A stretch of DNA of 32,000 nucleotides from an uncultured Bacteriovoracaceae bacterium (GCA_964012805.1 CAXGUD010000007.1:88931-120930), one strand, 5' to 3'. Shown: positions 21,993 to 31,340, counted from the first letter of the stretch. Made by a program: numbers and translations. Notes: generated by a model from the letters alone, not told the origin.

Positions 21993-23963
21993 GTGAATAG
22001 TTTTTCTGAGTTTAAGTTTTACCAAGCTTTTAGAGTCCCAGTTGAAAAGGCCGATGGGTTGAGATTTATTGTTGATATTGAGGATGATTTGGGTAAGACC
22101 AAAACAATTGAAGATGGCTCTCTTGTGGATGTTAGTATTGGAGGCTTAGGCTTTTCTACTGAATCAAGGCTTCTTGTTGGTACCGAACTTAGAATTTCAA
22201 TGCAATTTAAAAAACTTTACTTGGATTTGACAGGAAGAATCGTTAGAGCATTTAGTAATACACTTGCCGTAAATGAAGTAGTTTATGGTGTTGAGTTAGA
22301 TGAAGACCAAAAAATAGGTCGATTCTTAGAACAGTATGTTTCCAGCTTTTCTTCAGAGAGATTGCGAGAGTGCTTGATCGATTCTCTTTTAAAAAAGCCG
22401 TATACATCGATTTCTGAAGGATTTGAAACTTTTTCTCTACTTCTATCCCTTTTTAAAGATATTTCACGTTTTGGAAATAATAGAGAGTTTATTGAAAGTA
22501 TTGTTGAAGAAGTTGTGAGAGTTATGGATGCGACCAGAGCATCTATTTTTTTAATAAATACAGAAACAAATGAGCTAGAGGCATTTTCGGCAGTTGGTGT
22601 TGAAGCGAAGGTATTAAAGTTTGATTACCGTTTGGGGATTGCTGGCTCTGTTTTTACAACTGGCGTGTCTTTGAATATTAATACTACTCAAGACAAATCA
22701 AGGTTTAATGAAAAATTTGATGAAATAACAGGTTTTCAAACAAGGTCAATCATTTGCCATCCTATTCATAATAGGGAAGACAAAATTATAGGTGTTATTG
22801 AGGTTCTAAATAAAAGGAATAGTGATAGATTTAGTGTGGAAGATGAAAAAATTATGAAGGTTTTAACGTTAGTTTTTTCTTCTGTATTCCATGACTATAA
22901 TCCAATGTCAGACAATTCACAAATCAGAAGGTTTAGCTCTCCATTTGACCGTGAGTATGCGATGGTTGGAGATACTACACAGATTAATTCCCTTAGAAAA
23001 ACTATCGGTAAGTTAAAAGATTTAGAGTCTCCTGTTTTAATTTCAGGAGAGAGGGGTGTAGGAAAAACTCTTTATTGCCAGATTCTACACACAGAAGGTT
23101 CTCGCGGTTTAAAACATGTGGAAATTATAGATTGTGCTAAGGAGGATCCAGAGGTTTTACAGGACCAACTTTTGGGAAAAAACCTTAGACACAATAGGCT
23201 CTTTAATTGTCAGGGCGGAACGCTTATTTTAAAAGAGGTTTCAGCAATACCACTAGACCTTCAAAGAAGCTTTTTTCAGGTTTTAAAGGATAGACTTGTC
23301 CCTCAATTTAAACTAACGCTTGATGTTAGGGTGCTGGCGACAACAACTAAAGAGTTGGGTCACTTGGTAGAACAGAGGCTCTTTGATAAGGAATTTTATC
23401 ATTTTCTTTCAAAGGCTTATATATCGATAGCACCTCTAAGAAGAAGGTGTGAAGATATTATTCCTTTAAGCGAATTTTTTATGAGGAAAGAGTGCAAAAG
23501 ACAAGGCCTCCTTTTAAAATCATTTTCTAAAAAGGCACTCGAAAAGCTCGTAGATTATGAGTGGCCTGCAAATATAAATGAATTAAGAACTTGTGTTGAA
23601 AGAGCTGTTTTATATAACCCCAAGTCTCATATTATAACTGAAGAAGACATGGGAAGTTTATCAGCACCTTTGTATGATGATTCTTCAAGAGGGCGTGTTT
23701 TCGGAGAACTGCCTTTTGTTGGTGATCCCCATATATTACTTAAAGACAGAATCGCTATTGTTGAAAGAGAAATGATTCTCATGGAAATAAAAAGAAATAA
23801 TGACAATAAATCTAAAGCCGCGAAGGAAATGGGTATTAGTAGAGAAGCTCTTAGAAAAAAACTTATCATTAGTAGCCAGGTCTTAGATGACTTGGAGGAG
23901 AAACAGAGGAAATCGGAGCAAATTAAAAAGAATTATTCTAATGGCAAGAAAACTGCTGCTTGA
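21993..23963 (+). CDS. PilZ-GAF-AAA+(sigma54-activator-like, degenerate)-Fis-type HTH regulator
   Basis: PilZ-like LVDVSIGGLGFSTE; GAF region ATRASIFLINTETNELEAFSAVG...GVIEVLNK; Walker A GERGVGKT; sensor-like region WPANINELRTCVERAVLY; C-terminal HTH NKSKAAKEMGISREALRKKL. GTG start. Confidence 0.88.
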   Translation: MNSFSEFKFYQAFRVPVEKADGLRFIVDIEDDLGKTKTIEDGSLVDVSIGGLGFSTESRLLVGTELRISMQFKKLYLDLTGRIVRAFSNTLAVNEVVYGVELDEDQKIGRFLEQYVSSFSSERLRECLIDSLLKKPYTSISEGFETFSLLLSLFKDISRFGNNREFIESIVEEVVRVMDATRASIFLINTETNELEAFSAVGVEAKVLKFDYRLGIAGSVFTTGVSLNINTTQDKSRFNEKFDEITGFQTRSIICHPIHNREDKIIGVIEVLNKRNSDRFSVEDEKIMKVLTLVFSSVFHDYNPMSDNSQIRRFSSPFDREYAMVGDTTQINSLRKTIGKLKDLESPVLISGERGVGKTLYCQILHTEGSRGLKHVEIIDCAKEDPEVLQDQLLGKNLRHNRLFNCQGGTLILKEVSAIPLDLQRSFFQVLKDRLVPQFKLTLDVRVLATTTKELGHLVEQRLFDKEFYHFLSKAYISIAPLRRRCEDIIPLSEFFMRKECKRQGLLLKSFSKKALEKLVDYEWPANINELRTCVERAVLYNPKSHIITEEDMGSLSAPLYDDSSRGRVFGELPFVGDPHILLKDRIAIVEREMILMEIKRNNDNKSKAAKEMGISREALRKKLIISSQVLDDLEEKQRKSEQIKKNYSNGKKTAA

Positions 23964-24156
23964 GGTTATTTCAACGTAATTTTCCAAATTTTAATCTAAC
24001 CGGGTCATATTTTTAACCTTATAAAAAAAGATGAGGATTAATTAGCTTTTGCAGTTTTGCTCGTCTTTTGAGCCCCTATAGAAGCACATTTTACTTGTTT
24101 TTGTATTACCTGACAGAATATATTGAATAGGAACTATACTTAAAAGGGGTTTTGCT

Positions 24157-25524
24157 TTGCATGATAGGATTTTTGGAACTGATGGAATAAGGGGAAGGGC
24201 CAATATTTACCCTATGACTTGCGAGGTTGCGACAGCATTGGGTAGAGCCGTAACGCACTACTTTCAAACGAAGGGTGATAAGGTTAAGCCTCCGGTTATT
24301 GTTGTCGGTAAGGATACGAGGCTTAGTTGCTACATGTTGGAACAGGCTTTCGGAGCAGGGGTTTGTTCTCAAGGTGGCAAGGTCATTTTTACGGGGCCTT
24401 TGCCCACCCCAGGAGTCGCTTTTGTGACGACTTCTATGAGGGCCGATGCTGGGATTATGATTTCAGCTTCACATAATTCATTCACAGATAATGGGATAAA
24501 GATTTTTGATAGCAAAGGTCATAAGCTTCCAGATTCCGTCGAAGTGGAATTAGAGGACCTTGTAAAAAACCCAAAAAATATGCCAATTATGGAGGGTTCA
24601 AGTCTAGGTAATGCAAAGAGGTTAGATGAAGTTTTTGGCCGTTATGTTGTTTATGCAAAGTCATCTTTGTCAAAGCGTTATGATTTAGAAGGAATGAGAA
24701 TTGTTTTGGATTGTGCTAATGGTGCGGCTTATAAAGTTGGACCGATGATTTTGAGAGAGCTTGGAGCTGAAGTGTTTCCTATTGGGGTTGAACCTAATGG
24801 TCAAAATATTAATTTAAACTGTGGTTCTCTGCATCCTGAAAAAACCAGGGATGCTGTAAAAGAATACAGGGCAGATCTCGGAATCTGTTTGGATGGAGAT
24901 GCGGACAGGTTTGTTATTGTAGATAGTTTGGGAGATGTTCTTCATGGGGACCAACTTATAGGTGTCTTGGCCAAATTTCTATTAGATACAGGGGTTTTAA
25001 AAAAGGGTGATGAAGTTATTGGAACGATAATGAGTAATGTGGGACTTGAATATTATGTTAAGTCTTTGGGTCTAAAGTTTCATAGAACTAAAGTAGGTGA
25101 CCGCTATATTATTGAATATATGAAGCAATCTGGAGCTCTTTTTGGTGGAGAACCTTCTGGACATGTCATTTTTAAAAACTTTTCAACGACTGGAGACGGA
25201 ATTTTAGGTGCTTTAAAGTTTATTGAATGTTTAAAGTTTTATAATATTCCACTCAAGGAACTTATTTCTAAGGTTTCTTTGTACCCACAAGTTATGAAAA
25301 GTGCTCCTGTTGCTCAAAAAAAACCTCTTGATGAAATTGAGAAAATTCAGGAAAAGTTAAAGGAAGTGAAACAAAAGCTTGGTGGGAAAGGGAGAGTCGT
25401 TCTTCGTTACTCGGGAACAGAGAATTTGGTTAGGGTCATGGTAGAGGGTGAGAATGAGTATAATGTTGGGAAACTCTGTGGAGAGTTAGTTTTTACCGTT
25501 CAACAGGAACTTGCTACAGTTTAA
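24157..25524 (+). CDS. glmM: Phosphoglucosamine mutase
   Basis: RIFGTDGIRGRANIYPMT, active-site GIMISASHNSFTDNGIKIF, ICLDGDADRFVIVD, GGEPSGHVIF, VLRYSGTENLVRVMVEG. TTG start supported by upstream AAAAGGGG. Confidence 0.97.
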   Translation: MHDRIFGTDGIRGRANIYPMTCEVATALGRAVTHYFQTKGDKVKPPVIVVGKDTRLSCYMLEQAFGAGVCSQGGKVIFTGPLPTPGVAFVTTSMRADAGIMISASHNSFTDNGIKIFDSKGHKLPDSVEVELEDLVKNPKNMPIMEGSSLGNAKRLDEVFGRYVVYAKSSLSKRYDLEGMRIVLDCANGAAYKVGPMILRELGAEVFPIGVEPNGQNINLNCGSLHPEKTRDAVKEYRADLGICLDGDADRFVIVDSLGDVLHGDQLIGVLAKFLLDTGVLKKGDEVIGTIMSNVGLEYYVKSLGLKFHRTKVGDRYIIEYMKQSGALFGGEPSGHVIFKNFSTTGDGILGALKFIECLKFYNIPLKELISKVSLYPQVMKSAPVAQKKPLDEIEKIQEKLKEVKQKLGGKGRVVLRYSGTENLVRVMVEGENEYNVGKLCGELVFTVQQELATV

Positions 25525-25565
25525 TCTTCAAAGTTTTTCATAGTTTTAAATATTAAGGGGTTTCG

Positions 25566-26330
25566 ATGAGCGCTCGTTTAGGTGTTAATATTGATCATGT
25601 TGCAACGTTGAGAGAAGCAAGAGGAGAATCATATCCTTCTTTAGAGAACGCTGCAGAAATTTGTTTAAATTCAGGTGCAGACCAAATAACAATACATTTA
25701 CGTGAGGACCGAAGGCACATTCAAGATAAGGACGTCCCTATTATTCGTCGAGTTACGAAAGAAAAGGGAAAGTTGATGAATTTAGAAATGGGCTGCGATC
25801 CTGGCATCATTGAAGTGGCTTTGATGCATAAACCTGATTGGGTTTGTCTTGTTCCTGAAAAAAGGGAAGAACAGACTACTGAGGGAGGACTTAACTTAAT
25901 TGATGCCTCTCATTTCCAGAAAATAAAGGAATCTTGTATAAGGTTAAAGGATTCAATTCCAAACTTAAAAATTTCTCTTTTTGTTGAAAGCGACTTACCA
26001 ACATTAGAGAAGGTTTGTGAGTTAGGAGTAGGTTTAGTGGATGCAGTTGAAATTCACACCGGAGATTATGCCATCCAGTATATTGCTCAAAATAATGTTG
26101 ATAGTTTTTTGAAAGAGTTTGAAAGGGCGAAGAAGTTTGTTGAAGAAAGAGGGATTGCTTGTCATGCAGGTCATGGTTTAACAAACGAGAGCGTGGCGCC
26201 CCTCATAAAGAAAGGACTTTTTGAAGAATATAATATTGGCCATTGGATAATTTCTGAATCAGTATTTTTGGGCTTAGAAAAAGTAGTAAGGAATTTGAAA
26301 GAACTTTTCGAGGGGAATGAGCGTTTATGA
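25566..26330 (+). CDS. pdxJ: Pyridoxine 5'-phosphate synthase
   Basis: RLGVNIDHVATLREARGESYPSLENAA, ADQITIHLREDRRHIQDKDV, GHGLTNESV are hallmark PdxJ sequences. Confidence 0.97.
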   Translation: MSARLGVNIDHVATLREARGESYPSLENAAEICLNSGADQITIHLREDRRHIQDKDVPIIRRVTKEKGKLMNLEMGCDPGIIEVALMHKPDWVCLVPEKREEQTTEGGLNLIDASHFQKIKESCIRLKDSIPNLKISLFVESDLPTLEKVCELGVGLVDAVEIHTGDYAIQYIAQNNVDSFLKEFERAKKFVEERGIACHAGHGLTNESVAPLIKKGLFEEYNIGHWIISESVFLGLEKVVRNLKELFEGNERL

Positions 26331-27946
26331 AGGTTGTTGATACTGAGGAAATGAAGAGTATTGAAAGAAAGTCGCTAGAGGAATATGGCTTTTCGGAGCA
26401 ATTAATTATTGAGAATGTGGGATTACGTGGAGCTGATTACCTTGACAAAAATGTAATCGGTAACTCGCCTTTTGGTGAAATCGTTTTTCTAGTCGGTAAG
26501 GGAAATAATGGAGCCGATGGACTTTCTGTTGCTCGGTATTTAAAAAATAAGGGGTATTCAACGAGAGCATTTCTTCTTTTTTCGGAAGACTCTTTAGGTG
26601 AAAATACAAAAAAGCAGCTAAGTATGGCACATGCTTATGGCGTAAAAATTTCTGAACTAAAAAATATAGAGCAGATAACTTCTTACTTTACTCAGACACA
26701 AGACCGTTATCTTGTTGTTGATGCGATATTGGGGACAGGTTTTCGTTTTCCACTTTCTAGTTTTCTTTTCGAAGTTATTACTACCGTCAATACATATGCA
26801 AGTTTAACTGTTTCTTTGGATATTCCTTCTGGTGTAGTAGGTGACACTGGGAAAATTTCTAGCTCGGCCATTAGGGCCGATTATACTTTGGCAATTGGCC
26901 TTCCAAAGCTTGGCCACATTATGGGAAGTGGTTCAGAGGTTTGTGGAAAGATAAAAGTTATTGATGTTGGTTTACCAAAAATTCTTCTTGAGGAAGGAGA
27001 TATATCTCTCATTACAAAAAAGAACGTCTCTTCGGTGCTTTCCACAAGGAGTCACTTTGCTCATAAAAATACTTTTGGTCATTCGTTAGTTTTAGGTGGA
27101 AGTCATGGTCTTTGTGGGGCCCTTTCTTTGTCGTGTGAAGCAGCTTTGAAATCAGGCTCTGGTCTAGTTTCTGCTGCAACTTGGGAACAAAATTACCCAG
27201 AATTTCTTTCTAGGCTCAATGCAAATGAAGTTATGACAGGAGTTATTCCAAGCGGCGGTGATCCCAAGGGGGTTGAAAGTATCCTTAGAGATTTGATGAA
27301 ATATCAATCCATTGTTATAGGACCAGGTTTAGGTCAAACAGAAATAGCAAGAGAGGTTGCTCTCGAGGTTTTAAATTCTTATCCTGGTCCAGTTGTGGTC
27401 GATGCAGATGCAATTAAAGTACTCTCTGCGAAAAAAGATTTAGATGTTTTTTATAAAAGAAAAGGCCCAACAGTCCTTACTCCTCATATGGGAGAGTTTG
27501 CTAACTTTGTTGGAGAAAAAAAGAGCTCAGTTTTAGAAAAACCTATCCATTTTTTAAAGACTTTTGTAGATAGCTTGAATTGCTGCATTATTTTGAAAGG
27601 CTATGCGACCTATTTAGGCTTTCCTAATGGAAAAATAGGCGTTAACTATCTCCCAAATGCAGGGATGGCTTCAGCCGGCACAGGGGATGTCTTAGCAGGT
27701 ATCTTGGGGGGGCTATTGGCACAGTTAAAGCCGCAGAATGTAAAAAGTGGGCTTTTTCTAGATAAAAATAAGATATATGATGCTTTGTGTTTGGGAGTTT
27801 TGGTTCATGCCCTGGCGGGAAAAGAAGCATCAAAAAAAATAGGGCCAAGAAGTATGACTGCTGGAATGTTATTAGATCATATTTCAAGTGCCTTTTTTGA
27901 AATTGAAACAGGTAGGAGTCAATGGAGCAGGGGTTGGATAGAGTGA
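26327..27946 (+). CDS. nnr: Bifunctional NAD(P)H-hydrate repair enzyme (epimerase + dehydratase)
   Basis: N-terminal epimerase domain (VFLVGKGNNGADGLSVARYL, DAILGTGF, DIPSGVVGDTG). C-terminal dehydratase domain (VIGPGLGQTEIA, VVDADAIKVLS, LTPHMGEFANF, LPNAGMASAGTGDVLAGILGGLLAQ). 4-bp overlap with pdxJ. Confidence 0.95.
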   Translation: MKVVDTEEMKSIERKSLEEYGFSEQLIIENVGLRGADYLDKNVIGNSPFGEIVFLVGKGNNGADGLSVARYLKNKGYSTRAFLLFSEDSLGENTKKQLSMAHAYGVKISELKNIEQITSYFTQTQDRYLVVDAILGTGFRFPLSSFLFEVITTVNTYASLTVSLDIPSGVVGDTGKISSSAIRADYTLAIGLPKLGHIMGSGSEVCGKIKVIDVGLPKILLEEGDISLITKKNVSSVLSTRSHFAHKNTFGHSLVLGGSHGLCGALSLSCEAALKSGSGLVSAATWEQNYPEFLSRLNANEVMTGVIPSGGDPKGVESILRDLMKYQSIVIGPGLGQTEIAREVALEVLNSYPGPVVVDADAIKVLSAKKDLDVFYKRKGPTVLTPHMGEFANFVGEKKSSVLEKPIHFLKTFVDSLNCCIILKGYATYLGFPNGKIGVNYLPNAGMASAGTGDVLAGILGGLLAQLKPQNVKSGLFLDKNKIYDALCLGVLVHALAGKEASKKIGPRSMTAGMLLDHISSAFFEIETGRSQWSRGWIE

Positions 27947-28416
27947 GTTGGGCCGATAAAAAAGAAAGAAAAGTTTGGAAAAAAGTCTCTGAACAAGATT
28001 TAGCATCTTTGGCATCGGAGCTAAAGGCCATCCTTGTGAAGCCTACAGTGATTATCCTTTCGGGTGAAGTTGGGGCCGGTAAAACCACTTTTACAAAAGA
28101 GTTTATAGGGAATAGCGGAGATGTTCATAGTCCCTCATACTCGTTGATTAATGAGGTAGGAAGCTTTGCTCATGCAGACTTTTACCGAATTGAAGACTCT
28201 GAAGAACTTATTCATTTAGAAATTTCTCTTTATTTAGAAGGGAAACAATTCTTCATAGTTGAATGGGGCCTTCCCTACGCAACCCAACTAAGAAAAGAAA
28301 TCGATCAGCGGTTTGACTTTTTTGAACTTCATCTTGATATAAGTCATGATGCTGTTGATCGTACTGAAGATGCGCCAACTAGGAACTTTATTCTTTATGA
28401 AATGATCGAGCTCTAG
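27943..28416 (+). CDS. tsaE: tRNA threonylcarbamoyladenosine biosynthesis ATPase TsaE
   Basis: IILSGEVGAGKTTFTKEFIG, SPSYSLINEV, FYRIEDSEEL, FFIVEWG. The GTG at 27943 forms a GTGA overlap with the nnr stop and is more plausible than the track's ATG at 27922. Confidence 0.92.
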   Translation: MSWADKKERKVWKKVSEQDLASLASELKAILVKPTVIILSGEVGAGKTTFTKEFIGNSGDVHSPSYSLINEVGSFAHADFYRIEDSEELIHLEISLYLEGKQFFIVEWGLPYATQLRKEIDQRFDFFELHLDISHDAVDRTEDAPTRNFILYEMIEL

Positions 28417-28513
28417 AACACTTCTACAAAGGCTTTTTGATCAATTACTTTTAAGATGGTAAAAAAGTACACGAGGCACAATAAAAATTCTATTTTTTAA
28501 TTGGTCTATTGTG

Positions 28514-28542
28514 TTGACGTGACCCTTTTTGTCGAGTGATAA
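28514..28542 (+). promoter_or_regulatory. Predicted sigma70-type promoter upstream of the rrf2/cysteine desulfurase pair
   Basis: TTGACG (28514-28519), 17-bp spacer, TGATAA (28537-28542; GATAAT in the adjacent register). About 120 nt of leader remains before the ATG. Confidence 0.6.
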
Positions 28543-28662
28543 TATTCTCGTAGCTTGTTAGCTTTGGCTGGATCAAGACGGATCGGTATATCTCGAGGCT
28601 AAATAAAGCATTTTCAAAATATCTTTTTTTGAGAGCTTAATTGGATTTATGGAGGAAGACCA

Positions 28663-29238
28663 ATGAGACTAACATCTAAAGGACGTTACGCCGTGAGAGC
28701 AATGCTGGACCTAACAGCGAGTTCAAATGGCAACCCCGTAAGATTACAGGAAATTTCGACTAGGCAGAACATCTCTTTGCACTACCTTGAGCAACTTTTT
28801 AGAAAACTTAGAAATGGCCAAACAGTCAAATCAGTCAGAGGTCCTGGAGGGGGGTATGTTCTTGCAAGACCGCAAGATCAAATCACAATAAAGGATGTCT
28901 TGGATTGTGTTGGGGAGAATATCAATCCAGCTAAAGACATTTTGGGTTCTGAATCTGAAACAGCTAATACTGTTGAGTATCACCTCTCTAAGAATTATTT
29001 CCAAAATCTTGGAATAATTATGAGGGAATACCTTCAAACCACCACTTTAGGCGATCTCATGAGAAAAGCTAATGAGACAAAAGCTTTAATGGAAAAAGAG
29101 GGTGTTAAGCTTGACGAAAATAAAGAAATAGGGGAAATAGGTGATATTGATGTCACAGCGCCTCAAGCTGATCAAGAAATAGCTCAGAGTCCAGAGGTGC
29201 ATGCACCTAGGAAGCCTTTTGGAGAAATTAACCAATAG
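28663..29238 (+). CDS. Rrf2-family transcriptional regulator (IscR-like)
   Basis: MRLTSKGRYAVRAMLDLTASSNGNPVRLQEISTRQNISLHYLEQLFRKLRNGQTVKSVRGPGGGYVLARP is a typical Rrf2 wHTH. Confidence 0.92.
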   Translation: MRLTSKGRYAVRAMLDLTASSNGNPVRLQEISTRQNISLHYLEQLFRKLRNGQTVKSVRGPGGGYVLARPQDQITIKDVLDCVGENINPAKDILGSESETANTVEYHLSKNYFQNLGIIMREYLQTTTLGDLMRKANETKALMEKEGVKLDENKEIGEIGDIDVTAPQADQEIAQSPEVHAPRKPFGEINQ

Positions 29239-30409
29239 AAGATTATACTTTGACTATAATGCTACCTCCCCTCTCTCTCCTGCTGTAAAAAGATGGTTGA
29301 GTGAGGCGGAGTTCCTTTGCGCCAATCCTTCGGCAATACATTTGTCAGGGAAAAAGGCGGCAGCAGTTTTAAGAGAGGACTCAGAGAAAATCCTTAAGGT
29401 TTTTGGTTTATCAGAAAGCCACAAGGTTTTTTTTCACTCTGGCGCCAGTGAAGGTATCAATACAATTGTAAAGGGAATGTCCCACTCTTTAGATTTAAAG
29501 GGTGAGAAACTTAATTTCTTTTACAGCTCTATCGATCATGCAGCAGTTTTAGAGCTTAAACCATTTCTTGATTTTTATGGCCATAATGCCCACCAATGCA
29601 GTGTAGATAAAGATGGCCATTTGGACCTAAACTTTTTGGAAAGCAAGGTAAAGTCTTGTCTTCCCGGCACTGTTTTAATTAATTTAACCTATGTCCATAA
29701 TGAAATTGGTACCGTGTTTCCTCTTGAAAAACTTATAAAGTTAAAAAGTGAAACAGGGGCTTTTATACATGTTGATTGTGTTCAGTCTCCAGGAAAAGTC
29801 CATGACTGGGATTGTTTGCCTTCTGGAATTGAGTTTTATACCTTTTCCTCTCACAAATTTGGAGCATTAAAGGGGATTGGTTTTACATTTGTAAATAAGA
29901 CTTCACCAACTTTTCAACCTCTTATAAATGGGGGCGGGCAACAGTTAGGCTTCAGGTCAGGAACAATTAATACCATGGGTATTAGATCAACGCTGCTTGC
30001 TTTAGGTGATTTGAAGGAAAGGTATGATTATTCTGAAGCAAAAGCTGGAATAAATTTTTTAAGAGAAAGAATAAGGGAAAAGTTAGAGGGGTGTGGGCAA
30101 ATTATTGCTGATAACTCTCGCTATAAAAATACGAATACTATCTTTTTTACAGTTGAGGGAAAAGATTCCAATTCACTTCTTATGGCCTTTGATCTTGCAG
30201 GTATGGATGTAGGAGTCGGGTCAGCTTGTTCTTCTGGTATTTCAAAGCCTAATAATGTTCTTTTAAACCTTGGACATACGAAAGAAGAGGCATTGTCTGG
30301 TTTGAGGCTATCATTTGAGCATGAGCTAACAACATCTAAAGCAGCTTTGTACTGGGGTAAAATAGAAGCTGTGTTAGATAAAGTTCTTCTTTCATCGAAG
30401 AGTATCTAA
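29201..30409 (+). CDS. Cysteine desulfurase (NifS/IscS family, class V aminotransferase)
   Basis: LYFDYNATSPLSP, FHSGASEGINTIVKG, VHNEIGTVFPLE, HVDCVQSPGK, FSSHKFGALKGIGF (PLP Lys), GGGQQLGFRSGTINT, GVGSACSSGI (catalytic Cys). 38-bp overlap with the rrf2 3' end. Confidence 0.93.
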   Translation: MHLGSLLEKLTNRRLYFDYNATSPLSPAVKRWLSEAEFLCANPSAIHLSGKKAAAVLREDSEKILKVFGLSESHKVFFHSGASEGINTIVKGMSHSLDLKGEKLNFFYSSIDHAAVLELKPFLDFYGHNAHQCSVDKDGHLDLNFLESKVKSCLPGTVLINLTYVHNEIGTVFPLEKLIKLKSETGAFIHVDCVQSPGKVHDWDCLPSGIEFYTFSSHKFGALKGIGFTFVNKTSPTFQPLINGGGQQLGFRSGTINTMGIRSTLLALGDLKERYDYSEAKAGINFLRERIREKLEGCGQIIADNSRYKNTNTIFFTVEGKDSNSLLMAFDLAGMDVGVGSACSSGISKPNNVLLNLGHTKEEALSGLRLSFEHELTTSKAALYWGKIEAVLDKVLLSSKSI

Positions 30410-30480
30410 TAAATAAATTTCTGAGTTTCTTTAAGGGGGTCTCATTTCTAGTGAGAAATTATTAAAAAAAAACAAGGTTT

Positions 30481-31128
30481 TTATTCCATAACCACGTCGC
30501 TAGCAATTGTTACACCTTTTAATAAAGGCTCTTTTTCCTTTTTTATGAATGGAAAGGAAATCTTTTCGAAACCTTCGAACTCTTCTTCATAGGCTACCAG
30601 AAGGACCTTTGGAACGAACTCTGTTAAAGAAGAGATATAAAAGTCTTTTGGAATATCATTTACCACTTGTTCTACGGCAGGTTGAGCTACTTCACTCTCT
30701 TGTTGTTCCGAGTCTAGCTTCTCTTCAAGAGGTTTTTTCGCTGTATTTTTTATAATTAAAGCGCCTTTGATTTTTTCTTTGTTAAGGTCTTTTGTTCTGT
30801 TCCAAGAGCCAATTTGGAAGAAGTCCAAATAAAAAGTAGATCCTTTATATATTAGCTTTTTAGGTATTAATAAAGACTCAATAAATTTGCGGCTTGCATG
30901 GTCTTTAGCCTTTTTTGCTAGTTTTTCAGCTAAGATAGGTCCATCAACTCTAATAATATAAGTTCCTGGATTTTTTGTTGAGTTAAACAAAAAATAGTTA
31001 AATGCGATGCTAAAAAGAGTGTAGAGTTTGTGTTGATAGAGGTGCAAATGTGTTTTTGATTTTCTTTCAATATCTATGATTTGTTTTACAGATTCATAGA
31101 GATGGTCTTTTGATAAGTCATCTTTCAT
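30481..31128 (-). CDS. Hypothetical protein
   Basis: 215 aa ORF with an acidic/Gln linker in the middle (EEKLDSEQQESEVAQPAVEQV). No family recognised. Confidence 0.55.
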   Translation of the reverse strand: MKDDLSKDHLYESVKQIIDIERKSKTHLHLYQHKLYTLFSIAFNYFLFNSTKNPGTYIIRVDGPILAEKLAKKAKDHASRKFIESLLIPKKLIYKGSTFYLDFFQIGSWNRTKDLNKEKIKGALIIKNTAKKPLEEKLDSEQQESEVAQPAVEQVVNDIPKDFYISSLTEFVPKVLLVAYEEEFEGFEKISFPFIKKEKEPLLKGVTIASDVVME

Positions 31129-31311
31129 GGGATTTCGTGCTTCTTTTCTAATAGTTGATTTTGGAGCCGTTATTCATAAGGTAAAAAATTTTATCTGTAA
31201 AATAAATTTTTAAGAGTATCTTTTTTTCTAAACATTAGGTATACGGTTACGGGATTACCCCTATTTGAAAGCTAAAAAACAAGAAAAGATGATTTTGGTG
31301 GATCTTACTTA

Positions 31312-31340
31312 TTGACTCCTTGTTATAGTTTTTGTACAGT
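31312..31340 (+). promoter_or_regulatory. Candidate sigma70-type promoter upstream of the EF-G gene
   Basis: TTGACT (31312-31317), 17-bp spacer, TACAGT (31335-31340), about 150 nt before the start codon. Confidence 0.4.

Noticed and set aside
27642-28088. 148 aa minus-strand ORF overlapping nnr and tsaE
   Set aside because: Antisense to two confidently identified genes with coherent domains, and its translation has no recognisable motif.
30410-30480. Inverted repeat ATTTCT-AGTG-AGAAAT followed by an A-run as a terminator for flanking genes
   Set aside because: The A-run is on the wrong side to provide a U-tract for either convergent gene, so I do not call a terminator.
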